A DNA stretch of 64,000 nucleotides from an uncultured Clostridia bacterium (GTDB lineage Bacteria > Bacillota > Clostridia > Tissierellales > Proteiniboraceae), in contig CAZUFW010000001.1 in the NCBI GenBank assembly GCA_964619895.1, positions 965 to 64,964 of the forward strand, in the 5' to 3' direction. A program made the translations under genes and the position numbers. The first letter of the stretch is position 1. Each line of letters starts with the position of its first letter. The notes under the pieces are model-generated. The model worked only from the letters and a program-made list of their open reading frames with translations. It ran no database searches and was not told the origin of the DNA. Below are positions 52,460 to 61,264 of this stretch, in pieces.

Positions 52460-54163
52460 TTAGTTGTGAATACAGCAATTGTTTGCTGCTAAAGCTGCTT
52501 CAAATACTGATTCTGATGTTGTCGGATGTGGATGAATTGTTTTAATAATTTGATCTACTGTAAGACTATTAGTTATTGCAACAGAAATCTCATTAATTAG
52601 GTCTGTAGCATTTGGTCCAATAATTGAAGCGCCTATTACCTTTCTGGTTTCTTTGTTTACAATGATTTTAACAAACCCTTCGGTAGAGCCTAATGTTAGG
52701 GATTTTCCATTTGAAGCAAATGGAAACTTTCCAATATCTACTTCTATATTGTTCTTAATAGCAGTAGCTTCGTCTATACCTACACACGCAATTTCAGGAT
52801 CTGTAAATATGGCACTTGGTACTACTGAATAGTCCATTATGCTTTCTTGTCCCATAATATTCATGGCTGCTACCACGCCCTGAGTAGAAGCGACATGTGC
52901 TAGTTGAATATTACCTGTTACATCACCTATAGCATATATATTATCTACATTTGTTCTCATTTTGTCGTTCACTTTTATAAATCTCTTGTTTTCATTTAAT
53001 TCTATCTCAGCTTTTTCTATGTTCAGACCTTCAAGGTAAGGCTGTCTGCCTATTGACACAAGAACTTTGTCTGCAGATATATGCTTACTTTCATCATTTT
53101 TGGAGAAATTAACTATACATCTTCCGTTTTCGTCATCCAAAATTTCTTCTACCTTTGAGCCAGTATATATGTTAATTCCTCTACCTTCTGCAATAGACAT
53201 TATTTCACTAGAAATATCCTCATCTAGTCCAGGTAATACCCTATTCATATATTCAACTACCCATACTTTTGTACCAAAGCTGTTGAATATAAACGCAAAT
53301 TCCATTCCTATGACGCCGCCACCGATGATAACTAATTCTTTAGGCAGCTCTTTAATCTCCATTATACTTGTACTATTAAGGACATTTTTAGATTCTATAC
53401 CAGGTATAGGTAGATTAGCAACAGTTGAGCCTGTAGCTATGATAATATATTCCGTATTAATAGTAGTTTCCTTAAATTTATCTTTTACAAGTATTTTGTT
53501 TTTGTCTATTATTTCACCAATTCCTGTTATGAATTTAACATTATTTTTTTCAAGTAAGTAGCTAATACCATTTGATAATTCAGAAACTATTCTATCTTTT
53601 CTAGATATTACTTTTTTCATATCTATTCCATAATTTTCAGCAAAGCATCCATAGCTGTCTGCTTCTTTAATATTTCTGTAAACCTCTGCAGAACGTACTA
53701 ATGCTTTTGTAGGAATACATCCTCTATTTAGACAAGTCCCACCAACTTTATCTTTTTCAACAACTACTACATCTGCTCCTAGCTGAGCTAGTTTTATGGC
53801 AGCTACATAGCCTCCAGGACCAGAGCCAATAATTGTTACCTTAGTATTTATTTCTTCTTTTTTAGGAGCCATCATGCCTTTTATATAGTCAAAGGATGGT
53901 TTAATGTCTTTTTTTACTTCAACAATTTCTCCATCAACTACAGCTACAACTTGTCCTACTGTAACCATATCTCCAACTTTAACATTTATCTCCTTTATTA
54001 ACCCCTTTGCTTTCGGAAAAATATCTGAGGATTTTTTATTTGCCTCTATAGAAAATAATGGTTCATCAGGGCCAATGCTGTCACCAGCCTTTTTATATAC
54101 CTTCATTATTTTTCCTTTTGCTGCTCCACCTAATAACTTTTCAATCTTAATATCTATACTAAT
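52460..54163 (-). CDS. lpdA: Dihydrolipoamide dehydrogenase with N-terminal lipoyl domain
   Basis: Lipoyl-domain fold pattern (GDSI...SIEANK...VKVGDMVTVGQ), GSGPGGYVAA, GGTCLNRGCIP, GGGVIGMEFA, HPHPTTSE. Frame stays open to an ATT at 54163 behind a G-run RBS; first ATG is 54106. Confidence 0.9.
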   Translation of the reverse strand: MSIDIKIEKLLGGAAKGKIMKVYKKAGDSIGPDEPLFSIEANKKSSDIFPKAKGLIKEINVKVGDMVTVGQVVAVVDGEIVEVKKDIKPSFDYIKGMMAPKKEEINTKVTIIGSGPGGYVAAIKLAQLGADVVVVEKDKVGGTCLNRGCIPTKALVRSAEVYRNIKEADSYGCFAENYGIDMKKVISRKDRIVSELSNGISYLLEKNNVKFITGIGEIIDKNKILVKDKFKETTINTEYIIIATGSTVANLPIPGIESKNVLNSTSIMEIKELPKELVIIGGGVIGMEFAFIFNSFGTKVWVVEYMNRVLPGLDEDISSEIMSIAEGRGINIYTGSKVEEILDDENGRCIVNFSKNDESKHISADKVLVSIGRQPYLEGLNIEKAEIELNENKRFIKVNDKMRTNVDNIYAIGDVTGNIQLAHVASTQGVVAAMNIMGQESIMDYSVVPSAIFTDPEIACVGIDEATAIKNNIEVDIGKFPFASNGKSLTLGSTEGFVKIIVNKETRKVIGASIIGPNATDLINEISVAITNSLTVDQIIKTIHPHPTTSESVFEAALAANNCCIHN

Positions 54164-54228
54164 TTTAATCGCCCCCCTATCATAGAAGCATTGTCGGAAA
54201 ACCTTTTCAAGCTTGTCCTACAGAAATA

Positions 54229-54582
54229 TTATTGGAAATCTTTTTCAAACTCGTCAATGCAGTCTTTTAATAAAGTAGTTGAGTAAGCCATTGATGGGCC
54301 TCCACCAAATGCTACAGCAACCATTGCAGCTTCTAGCATTTCTTCTCTAGTTGCACCTGCTTCTAATGCCTTGAAAGCGTGGAAAGCTATGCAGTATTCA
54401 CATCTGTTATAAACAGCTATTGCTACACTGATTAGCTCTTTAGTCTTTACATCTACTGTCTTTGGTTCATAGCTTGCGCCTAAAAGATTCATAAACGCAT
54501 CAATATGTGTTGGATTAGTTTCACCTACTGTTTGTAGCCCATTCATAAAATCATTTAATAATTCTCTTGGACCTTTACTCAT
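54229..54582 (-). CDS. Carboxymuconolactone decarboxylase / AhpD-family protein with CxxC
   Basis: KTKELISVAIAVYNRCEYCIAFH...GATREE; start at MSKGP after AAGGAGG. Confidence 0.9.
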   Translation of the reverse strand: MSKGPRELLNDFMNGLQTVGETNPTHIDAFMNLLGASYEPKTVDVKTKELISVAIAVYNRCEYCIAFHAFKALEAGATREEMLEAAMVAVAFGGGPSMAYSTTLLKDCIDEFEKDFQ

Positions 54583-54605
54583 TTTTTTATTCCTCCTTAA
54601 ATATA

Positions 54606-54644
54606 AAATACTTGCTATACTAATTATTAGCATAGCAAGTATTT
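54606..54644. promoter_or_regulatory. Long palindrome upstream of the CMD gene, probable MarR operator
   Basis: AAATACTTGCTAT-actaattattagc-ATAGCAAGTATTT between marR and the CMD gene; could also act as the marR terminator. Confidence 0.55.
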
Positions 54645-54673
54645 GTTAAAAAATCAACAGTTTTTTTGAAAAA

Positions 54674-55105
54674 TCATTCTATGTTTGACAACATTTTATC
54701 TATTACTTTCAAGAATGTTGATATTTCTTCATCAGAAATACCTTCAGTAAACACTTGTGCCATTTTTTCCCCTTCTGGCAATAAGTCCTCTCTATATTTT
54801 TTACCTTTGTCTGTTAGTATTAACTTGGTAATTCTTCTGTCGCTTATATGTTTTTGTCTTGTTACATATCCTTCTTTTTCCATCCTATCGATTAATCTAG
54901 CTACAGAAGATTGTTTTATGTCCATTAAATCTCCTAATTCTTTTTGATTTAGTTCATCATATTCGCCTAAATAATACAGCGCAATCCACTGAACCCTTGT
55001 TATTCCTACTTTCAGAAGTCTCTCATTAAATGCTTCTGCTAATTTTTTCCCTGCCTTATTTGTAATAAAACCTACACAAGCATCTAAATTAAACAAACAA
55101 CTCAC
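54674..55105 (-). CDS. MarR family regulator
   Basis: ITRVQW, NQKELG...SSVARLIDRMEKEGYV...DRR...LTDKG; two N-terminal Cys. Confidence 0.92.
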   Translation of the reverse strand: MSCLFNLDACVGFITNKAGKKLAEAFNERLLKVGITRVQWIALYYLGEYDELNQKELGDLMDIKQSSVARLIDRMEKEGYVTRQKHISDRRITKLILTDKGKKYREDLLPEGEKMAQVFTEGISDEEISTFLKVIDKMLSNIE

Positions 55106-55372
55106 TTCCCTTATACACTCCTTCTGCTTAATAATTTTGATAACATTATCTGTTTTTCACTTCAGCAAAACTCATCTTTGGCTAATTATGTGTTGGACAT
55201 TTCCAATTATTATTATATATGATATATATACCATTTTTCTATAGCAAACTATGTTTTATTTTATTTTTATTTTATTTTCATTTGGATATGGTAAATAATA
55301 AAAAATTATTTAAAAATACTAAAAACTAGATAATAATATCTTTATAGTGGTATATATTGAAGAAGGAAGGTG

Positions 55373-56392
55373 ATGAAGTTGAAAACTTTTAAAGAATATA
55401 GTCTTGGGGGACTAGAACTAAAAAATAGAATAGTTATGCCTCCCATGTGCATGTACTCATCAGATGATTCTGGACATGTTAAAGACTGGCATGTTGTACA
55501 TTATGTGACTAGGGCCATTGGCGGTGTGGGATTAATTATTGTAGAAGCCACTGCAGTAACTCCAAACGGCAGAATATCTGGTAAGGATTTAGGTATATGG
55601 AGTGATGAGCAAGTACCTGGCTTAAAATCAATAGTAGACGGATGCAAAAAACATGGTTCGAAAGTTGCAATACAACTAGCCCACGCAGGAAGAAAGTGTA
55701 ATGCCGAAGGCGAAATCACTGTAGCTCCTACTTCTTATAATTTTAGCGAATCCTATAGAATTCCAAAGGAATTAACAAAAGAAGAAATAAAAGAAATTGT
55801 AAAAAATTTTAAAAATGCAGCAAAAAGAGCAAATGATGCGGGCTTTGATGCTATTGAAATACATGGAGCCCACGGTTATTTAATTCATGAATTTTTATCT
55901 CCTCGTTCTAACATGAGGCAAGATGAATATGGCGGAAATGTCGAAAATAGAACTAGGTTTTTGAAAGAAATAATTTCAGCTGTTAAGGAAGCATGGCCTA
56001 AGAAAAAACCTCTACTTCTTAGAATATCCGCTGATGATTACTTAGATGGTGGACTTAATATCAATGAAATGGTTAAAATAATCAACTTAGTAAAGAATGA
56101 TATCGACATAGTTCATGTTAGCTCTGGTGGATTAGAAAATGTAAGCATACAAACATATCCAGGATATCAAGTTAAATACTCAGAAATAATAAAGAAGGAA
56201 TGTAATATCCAAACAATAGCTGTAGGTTTAATTAATGAATATGATCAAGTAGAAGAGATACTCATGAATGATAGAGCCGATTTAGTTGCTCTTGGCAGGG
56301 AGCTTTTAAGAAATCCATATTGGGTACTATTAAATGCTTATGAAAGAGATTTTGATATAGATTATCCAAAACAATATGAAAGAGGATTTTAG
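55373..56392 (+). CDS. namA: NADPH dehydrogenase, old yellow enzyme (YqjM/NamA type)
   Basis: NRIVMPPMCMYS, QLAHAGRK, HGAHGYL, GRELLRNPYW, QYERG. Confidence 0.9.
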   Translation: MKLKTFKEYSLGGLELKNRIVMPPMCMYSSDDSGHVKDWHVVHYVTRAIGGVGLIIVEATAVTPNGRISGKDLGIWSDEQVPGLKSIVDGCKKHGSKVAIQLAHAGRKCNAEGEITVAPTSYNFSESYRIPKELTKEEIKEIVKNFKNAAKRANDAGFDAIEIHGAHGYLIHEFLSPRSNMRQDEYGGNVENRTRFLKEIISAVKEAWPKKKPLLLRISADDYLDGGLNINEMVKIINLVKNDIDIVHVSSGGLENVSIQTYPGYQVKYSEIIKKECNIQTIAVGLINEYDQVEEILMNDRADLVALGRELLRNPYWVLLNAYERDFDIDYPKQYERGF

Positions 56393-56436
56393 GAGACTAG
56401 GGAAACCTAGTCTTTTAAAATTCTCTCATTATTGGC

Positions 56437-56464
56437 AAATTCTTTACTGACGTTCAGGATGACA
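56437..56464. repeat. Single TGTCA-tagged REP-like unit
   Basis: AAATTCTTTACTGACGTTCAGGATGACA, similar to 26394-26421. Confidence 0.65.
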
Positions 56465-56493
56465 AAAGCTAACTTTTGCATCAGACCTAACTA

Positions 56494-57330
56494 TTAGCTC
56501 TCTGTTGTTAGACTTTTAGCTTCTTCTAATAATAAATTAATAGCAGCATATAACTGCTGTACACTACTGTTAATATTTCTTATGGCTTCTGCCTGATTTC
56601 TGGTAATAGAATTTATTTCATTAATTATCTTACTTTGTTCTGCTGATGTCTCTTTAATTCCTTTAAGGATTTCTTCTATTTTTTGAATTGATTCAGAGCT
56701 GTTTAGGGCAAGCTTTCTTATTTCTTGGGCAACTACGCCAAACCCTCTGCCTTCCTGTCCAACTCTAGCAGCTTCTATAGCCGCATTTAGTCCTAATAGG
56801 TTTGTTTGCCCTGCTATGTTTTGTATGAACTTTAATATTCCATCAGTTTCTTCTATATGTACATTAGACTCACTTGATTTCACCAATAATCTATTAGTTA
56901 CATCAAAAAGTTTTTCTGAACCCTCATCAATTAATAGTGAAGATTGTGTAAGTTCTTCTAGTCCACTGGATAATTCCTCAGCTAAAGATAATAGTTTTTC
57001 TTGCTTATCAATTGAGATAACAAAAGAAACCGCACCGATTATTTTATTATTTTCCTTAATAGGTATTCCACATGCAATATAAGGAAAGCCAAAAATATCT
57101 GCTGAAACCTTGTTGATAACTTTTCTACCTTTTTTCATACATTCTGCTACGACAGTACCTTCTGGAATAGGTTCCCCTTCATTAACTAGCTGCGGAACTT
57201 GATTGCCTTTTACAAAAGTTAAATACTTCTCAGTGTCCGTTACAGTAACCCCTATATCATCTATAGTTAGGCTATTTAGGTACGGAGCTATTTTTACAAA
57301 ACAATCCAATAGATTTGACAAAGCATACAC
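56494..57330 (-). CDS. Soluble (cytoplasmic) chemoreceptor, YfmS-like
   Basis: No TM; small N-terminal sensor ([12 protein letters not shown]) plus [20 protein letters not shown]. Confidence 0.88.
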   Translation of the reverse strand: MYALSNLLDCFVKIAPYLNSLTIDDIGVTVTDTEKYLTFVKGNQVPQLVNEGEPIPEGTVVAECMKKGRKVINKVSADIFGFPYIACGIPIKENNKIIGAVSFVISIDKQEKLLSLAEELSSGLEELTQSSLLIDEGSEKLFDVTNRLLVKSSESNVHIEETDGILKFIQNIAGQTNLLGLNAAIEAARVGQEGRGFGVVAQEIRKLALNSSESIQKIEEILKGIKETSAEQSKIINEINSITRNQAEAIRNINSSVQQLYAAINLLLEEAKSLTTES

Positions 57331-57598
57331 CTTCCTTTAACAAATTTTAGGTTAAAAGAATTATATCAAAAAAAGTAGAAAAATGCATTATTAAATATTT
57401 TTAGCTTATTTAGAATTTTTTACATGTATAATATTGCTCAGCCTAAGTTACACTTAGTTTTAATATAGAAAAATGAAGTCATTATATAAGAACAAAATAA
57501 TAATGAACAATCTAAAGTACTTCAAATTAGTTTTTTAGTTTATACAGGTTTTTGATATACTATTATTAATATACATGGAGAATTACAAGGAGGCAAAA

Positions 57599-58237
57599 AT
57601 GAAAAATCTTGATTTTATTTACAAAAGGCATAGCGTTAGAAAATTTAAGAACGAAGATGTGCCTGTAGAAGATATTAGGGAGATAATTAAGGCAGCTACA
57701 TATGCTCCGTCGGGAAAGAATCTACAAAACTGGCATTTTGTCGTTATTAAAAACAAAGAAAAAATTAAAGGAATAGTTTCTACTATTGAGAAAAAGGCAT
57801 ATGAATTAACAGAGTCTGTAAAGGATAAGGAGCTAAAAAACGAGTTTCTAAAATATCTAAAATTCGCAACTTTTTTTAAAAATGCACCTGTAACCATACT
57901 AATATTCGCTGGACAATATCCTACTACAGGAGTTGAAATACTTAAAGCAAAAGGCGCATCTGATGAAGAAATAAATAGATTACTTAGTCCAACTCCAGGA
58001 ATACAAAATATTGGAGCTGCTATTGAAAATCTAATGCTTGCTGCTGCCAACATGGGGTATGGAACCTGCTGGATGACTAGTCCAAACTTTGCAAGTAAGG
58101 AAATAAGTGAATTTATAGGGTTTAAAAAGGAAGGATATTATCTAGCTGCTGTTACTCCTTTAGGAGTTCCAGAAGAATCTGAACTTACTAGTCCTCCTAG
58201 AAAGTCTATAGATGAAGTTATGACTATTATAGAATAA
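57599..58237 (+). CDS. Nitroreductase family protein
   Basis: RHSVRKF, APSGKNLQNWHFVV, ENLMLAAANMGYGTCW. Confidence 0.92.
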   Translation: MKNLDFIYKRHSVRKFKNEDVPVEDIREIIKAATYAPSGKNLQNWHFVVIKNKEKIKGIVSTIEKKAYELTESVKDKELKNEFLKYLKFATFFKNAPVTILIFAGQYPTTGVEILKAKGASDEEINRLLSPTPGIQNIGAAIENLMLAAANMGYGTCWMTSPNFASKEISEFIGFKKEGYYLAAVTPLGVPEESELTSPPRKSIDEVMTIIE

Positions 58238-58254
58238 AAATCCTAGTTATTTGA

Positions 58255-58404
58255 TGTCATCCTGAGCTCACCAAAGGCTCCAATGACTTATTTGCAACCC
58301 TAATTTTGTACTAAAGGTTAATAGTTAAAACACTTCTAGGCGATTGCAAAATAGTCAGTGAGAACATTATCTCATAGAGCCTTTGATCTCTGCTCAAGGT
58401 AACA
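58255..58404. repeat. 150-bp REPIN-like palindrome with TGTCA-type ends
   Basis: TGTCATCCTGAGC / GCTCAAGGTAACA ends; inner arms CAAAGGCTC/GAGCCTTTG and TGACTTATTTGCAA/TTGCAAAATAGTCA. Confidence 0.7.
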
Positions 58405-58412
58405 CTTCCGTG

Positions 58413-59189
58413 TCATTTCACTTCTCCACCTAAATAAGCCTTGATTACTCTTTCATTTTTCTGTATCTCCTCTGGTACCCCACTAGCAATCAAAGTACCA
58501 TAATCAAATACAAATATTCTATCACATACTTCCATAACTAATGACATATCATGCTCGATAACTATAATAGTAAGATCAAATGTTTCTCTAATCCACTTGA
58601 TAAGATCTTTAAGCTCTTTAGTTTCTTTTGGATTCATACCTGCAGCAGGCTCGTCCAAAAGAAGAAATTCCGGATTTGCCGCTAATGCCCTTGCTATTTC
58701 AAGCCTTCTCTGGTCTCCATAGGGGAGATTCTTTGAAAGCTCGTCCTTTTTATCTAATAAATTAAACTTTTCAAGAAGCAGAATGGCTTCCTCAAAAGTA
58801 TTTTTTTCACTTTTATAGTATGAAGGCAGTCTAAATAAAGCTGATACTACTCCATATTTCAAGCCATGATGAAATCCCATAAGAACGTTATCTATTACAG
58901 ACATATTTTTAAAAAGCCTTATATTTTGAAAGGTTCTAGCTATACCATAGTATACTATCTTATAAGGTTTTAAGTCTTTTGCTGTAACCTTCTTGCTTAA
59001 ATCATAGACAATATCCCCTGAAGTAGGAGTATAGATTCCCGTTAATAAATTAAAGAAAGTTGTCTTCCCTGCTCCATTAGGGCCAATTAACCCAATGATT
59101 TCTCCTTTTTCTACGCTTAAACTCACATCCGAAACTGCTTTTATTCCACCAAAAGACTTTGATAGATTACTTACTTTCAATGCTGGCAT
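58413..59189 (-). CDS. livG: Branched-chain amino acid ABC transporter ATPase
   Basis: GPNGAGKTT, ARTFQNIRLF, LPYGDQRRLEIARAL, DEPAAGMNP, EHDM. Confidence 0.93.
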   Translation of the reverse strand: MPALKVSNLSKSFGGIKAVSDVSLSVEKGEIIGLIGPNGAGKTTFFNLLTGIYTPTSGDIVYDLSKKVTAKDLKPYKIVYYGIARTFQNIRLFKNMSVIDNVLMGFHHGLKYGVVSALFRLPSYYKSEKNTFEEAILLLEKFNLLDKKDELSKNLPYGDQRRLEIARALAANPEFLLLDEPAAGMNPKETKELKDLIKWIRETFDLTIIVIEHDMSLVMEVCDRIFVFDYGTLIASGVPEEIQKNERVIKAYLGGEVK

Positions 59190-60117
59190 GAAGCTTGGCC
59201 CCCTTTCTAAATAGCTTAAATTCTTGATTTCCCATGAGTCCTGTTGGTTTGTAAACCATTATTACAAAAAGAATTAGAGAGTAAATTACCATTCTAAGCT
59301 CAGGTATGCTTTGAAGAAATAATGAGATTATAGATAAGGCTACAGCTCCAACAATAGAGCCCCAAATACTTCCCATCCCTCCAAAAACTACAATAACTAG
59401 TATATCAATAGATTTCATGAAACCAAAGGAGTCTGGTTTAATAAAATAAAAATAATTTGCATATAATGCACCTGCAATACCTGCAAAAAATGCTCCAATG
59501 GCAAAAGCTAATACTTTATAAAAAGTTGTATTTACTCCCATAGCTTCTGCAGCAATTTCATCTTCCCTAATAGCAATACATGCCCTTCCACGAAAGGATT
59601 TTATAAAGTTATTAATCAATACAACTGTAGCCACAGTCATAATAAATATCCAAGTCCAGTTTGTATATTGAGGAATATCATTAAATCCTGTAGCTCCTCC
59701 AATATAGTCTGTATTTAATCCAATAATTCTAACAATTTCCCCAAACCCAAGAGTTGCAATGGCAAGATAATCTCCTTTTAACCTTAGAGTTGGAATCCCA
59801 ATGAAAACACCTGCTATTGCTGCTGTAACCCCCGAGATTAATATCCCAACAATAAAAGGCTGCCCAAGCTTGGCTGTAAGAATTGCAGAAGTATATGCTC
59901 CAATAGACATAAAAGCGGCATGGCCTAATGAAAACTGACCAGTAAAGCCTGTAATAAGGTTTAAGCTCACTGCTAGTATGATATTTATACCGATTAGGGT
60001 AATATTTAATAGAATATATGAATCAATAATTCCCGTATTTATCAAAAGTTGAACTAAAACGTAAGAAATAATCAAAATAATTGAGCTTATTATATTACTT
60101 TTGCTAAATCCTTTCAT
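59167..60117 (-). CDS. livM: Branched-chain amino acid ABC transporter permease
   Basis: GQFSLGHAAF, LRLKGDYLAIATLGFGEI, GGMGS. Confidence 0.93.
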   Translation of the reverse strand: MKGFSKSNIISSIILIISYVLVQLLINTGIIDSYILLNITLIGINIILAVSLNLITGFTGQFSLGHAAFMSIGAYTSAILTAKLGQPFIVGILISGVTAAIAGVFIGIPTLRLKGDYLAIATLGFGEIVRIIGLNTDYIGGATGFNDIPQYTNWTWIFIMTVATVVLINNFIKSFRGRACIAIREDEIAAEAMGVNTTFYKVLAFAIGAFFAGIAGALYANYFYFIKPDSFGFMKSIDILVIVVFGGMGSIWGSIVGAVALSIISLFLQSIPELRMVIYSLILFVIMVYKPTGLMGNQEFKLFRKGAKLHASIESK

Positions 60118-60129
60118 ATTGTCCACCTC

Positions 60130-61014
60130 CTATACCTTTTCTTTTACATTCTTGCCCAAAAGTCCATTTGGTCTTATTAAGAGGACCAAAATCAATATTG
60201 CAAAAGCAACTGCATCTTTAAATATTGACCCTCCATAAGCACTGACGATAGTTTCAGTCATTCCAAGAAACAGTCCTCCAAATACTGCTCCAGGAATAAT
60301 GCCTATTCCTCCTATTACAGCTGCAACAAATGCCTTTAATCCAGGAACTATTCCCATAAGAGGATTTATTGTATTATAGTAAACTCCAACAAGAACTCCC
60401 GCTGCTCCAGCTAAAGCCGAACCTATTGCAAAAGTATATGATATAATTCTATTTACATTAATGCCCATTAGCTTAGCAGTATCTTTGTCAAGTGCTACGG
60501 CCCTCATTGCTTTTCCTGTTTTAGTCTTGTGAATAATATACTGGAGCGCCAGCATAAGTCCAACTGTAATTACAATTATATATAGGTTTTTAACATCCAT
60601 AACCACATTTCCATTAAAAAAAGTTATCTTTTTATCTGTTAAGACATTTGGAAAAGTTCTCGTGTCCGGCTTTACAAAGTACACCATTATATATTCTAAG
60701 AATAAGGATACACTTATGGCAGTTATAAGAGCCGCTATTCTTGTTGAATTTCGAATGGGCTTATATGCAACCTTTTCTATTATCATTCCAAGTATGCTAC
60801 AAACTGCCATAGATATAACTAGAGAAGGTAAGAAACCTAAATGAAAAAAAGTTGTTAATGCAAACCCAACATAAGCTCCCATCATGTAAACATCACCGTG
60901 TGCAAAGTTAATAAGGTTTATTATTCCATATACCATAGTATAACCAAGGGCTATTAATGCATATATACTTCCAAGAGATACTCCATTTATTAACTGTTGA
61001 AATAGTTGCTCCAT
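60130..61014 (-). CDS. livH: Branched-chain amino acid ABC transporter permease
   Basis: GSIYALIALGYTMVYG..INFAHG, GLKAFVAAVIGGIG. Confidence 0.93.
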   Translation of the reverse strand: MEQLFQQLINGVSLGSIYALIALGYTMVYGIINLINFAHGDVYMMGAYVGFALTTFFHLGFLPSLVISMAVCSILGMIIEKVAYKPIRNSTRIAALITAISVSLFLEYIMVYFVKPDTRTFPNVLTDKKITFFNGNVVMDVKNLYIIVITVGLMLALQYIIHKTKTGKAMRAVALDKDTAKLMGINVNRIISYTFAIGSALAGAAGVLVGVYYNTINPLMGIVPGLKAFVAAVIGGIGIIPGAVFGGLFLGMTETIVSAYGGSIFKDAVAFAILILVLLIRPNGLLGKNVKEKV

Positions 61015-61117
61015 TATTACACCTCCATTTCAAATTTCTTCGTAAGTAGATCTTTCGTTAAAGAACCTTCGTAAGTAATGCTAATTCTGTCCGTCTCAGG
61101 GTACCAATTATAGAACA

Positions 61118-61192
61118 ATAGTTAAACGGTAGTTGAATAGTAGTTAAGCAGTAGTTATACTATCGTAAACTACCGCTAAACTATCGTTAACT
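61118..61192. repeat. Direct 11-mer repeats followed by their inverted copies
   Basis: ATAGTTAAACG GTAGTTGAATA GTAGTTAAGCA GTAGTT then ACTATCGTAA ACTACCGCTAA ACTATCGTTAA CT. Confidence 0.65.
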
Positions 61193-61264
61193 CATAATCA
61201 CACCATTGTTGAACTTTCTGACTCTTAATTTCTAATTATAAAATTATAAAAGCCTGACCCCCAA

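Noticed and set aside
54643-54660. Rex-like box TTGTTAAAAAATCAACAG upstream of the CMD gene
   Set aside because: Two mismatches in one arm in very AT-rich DNA; not distinguishable from chance.
61118-61192. Possible CRISPR array
   Set aside because: Units are 11 bp, degenerate, without spacers; no cas genes.
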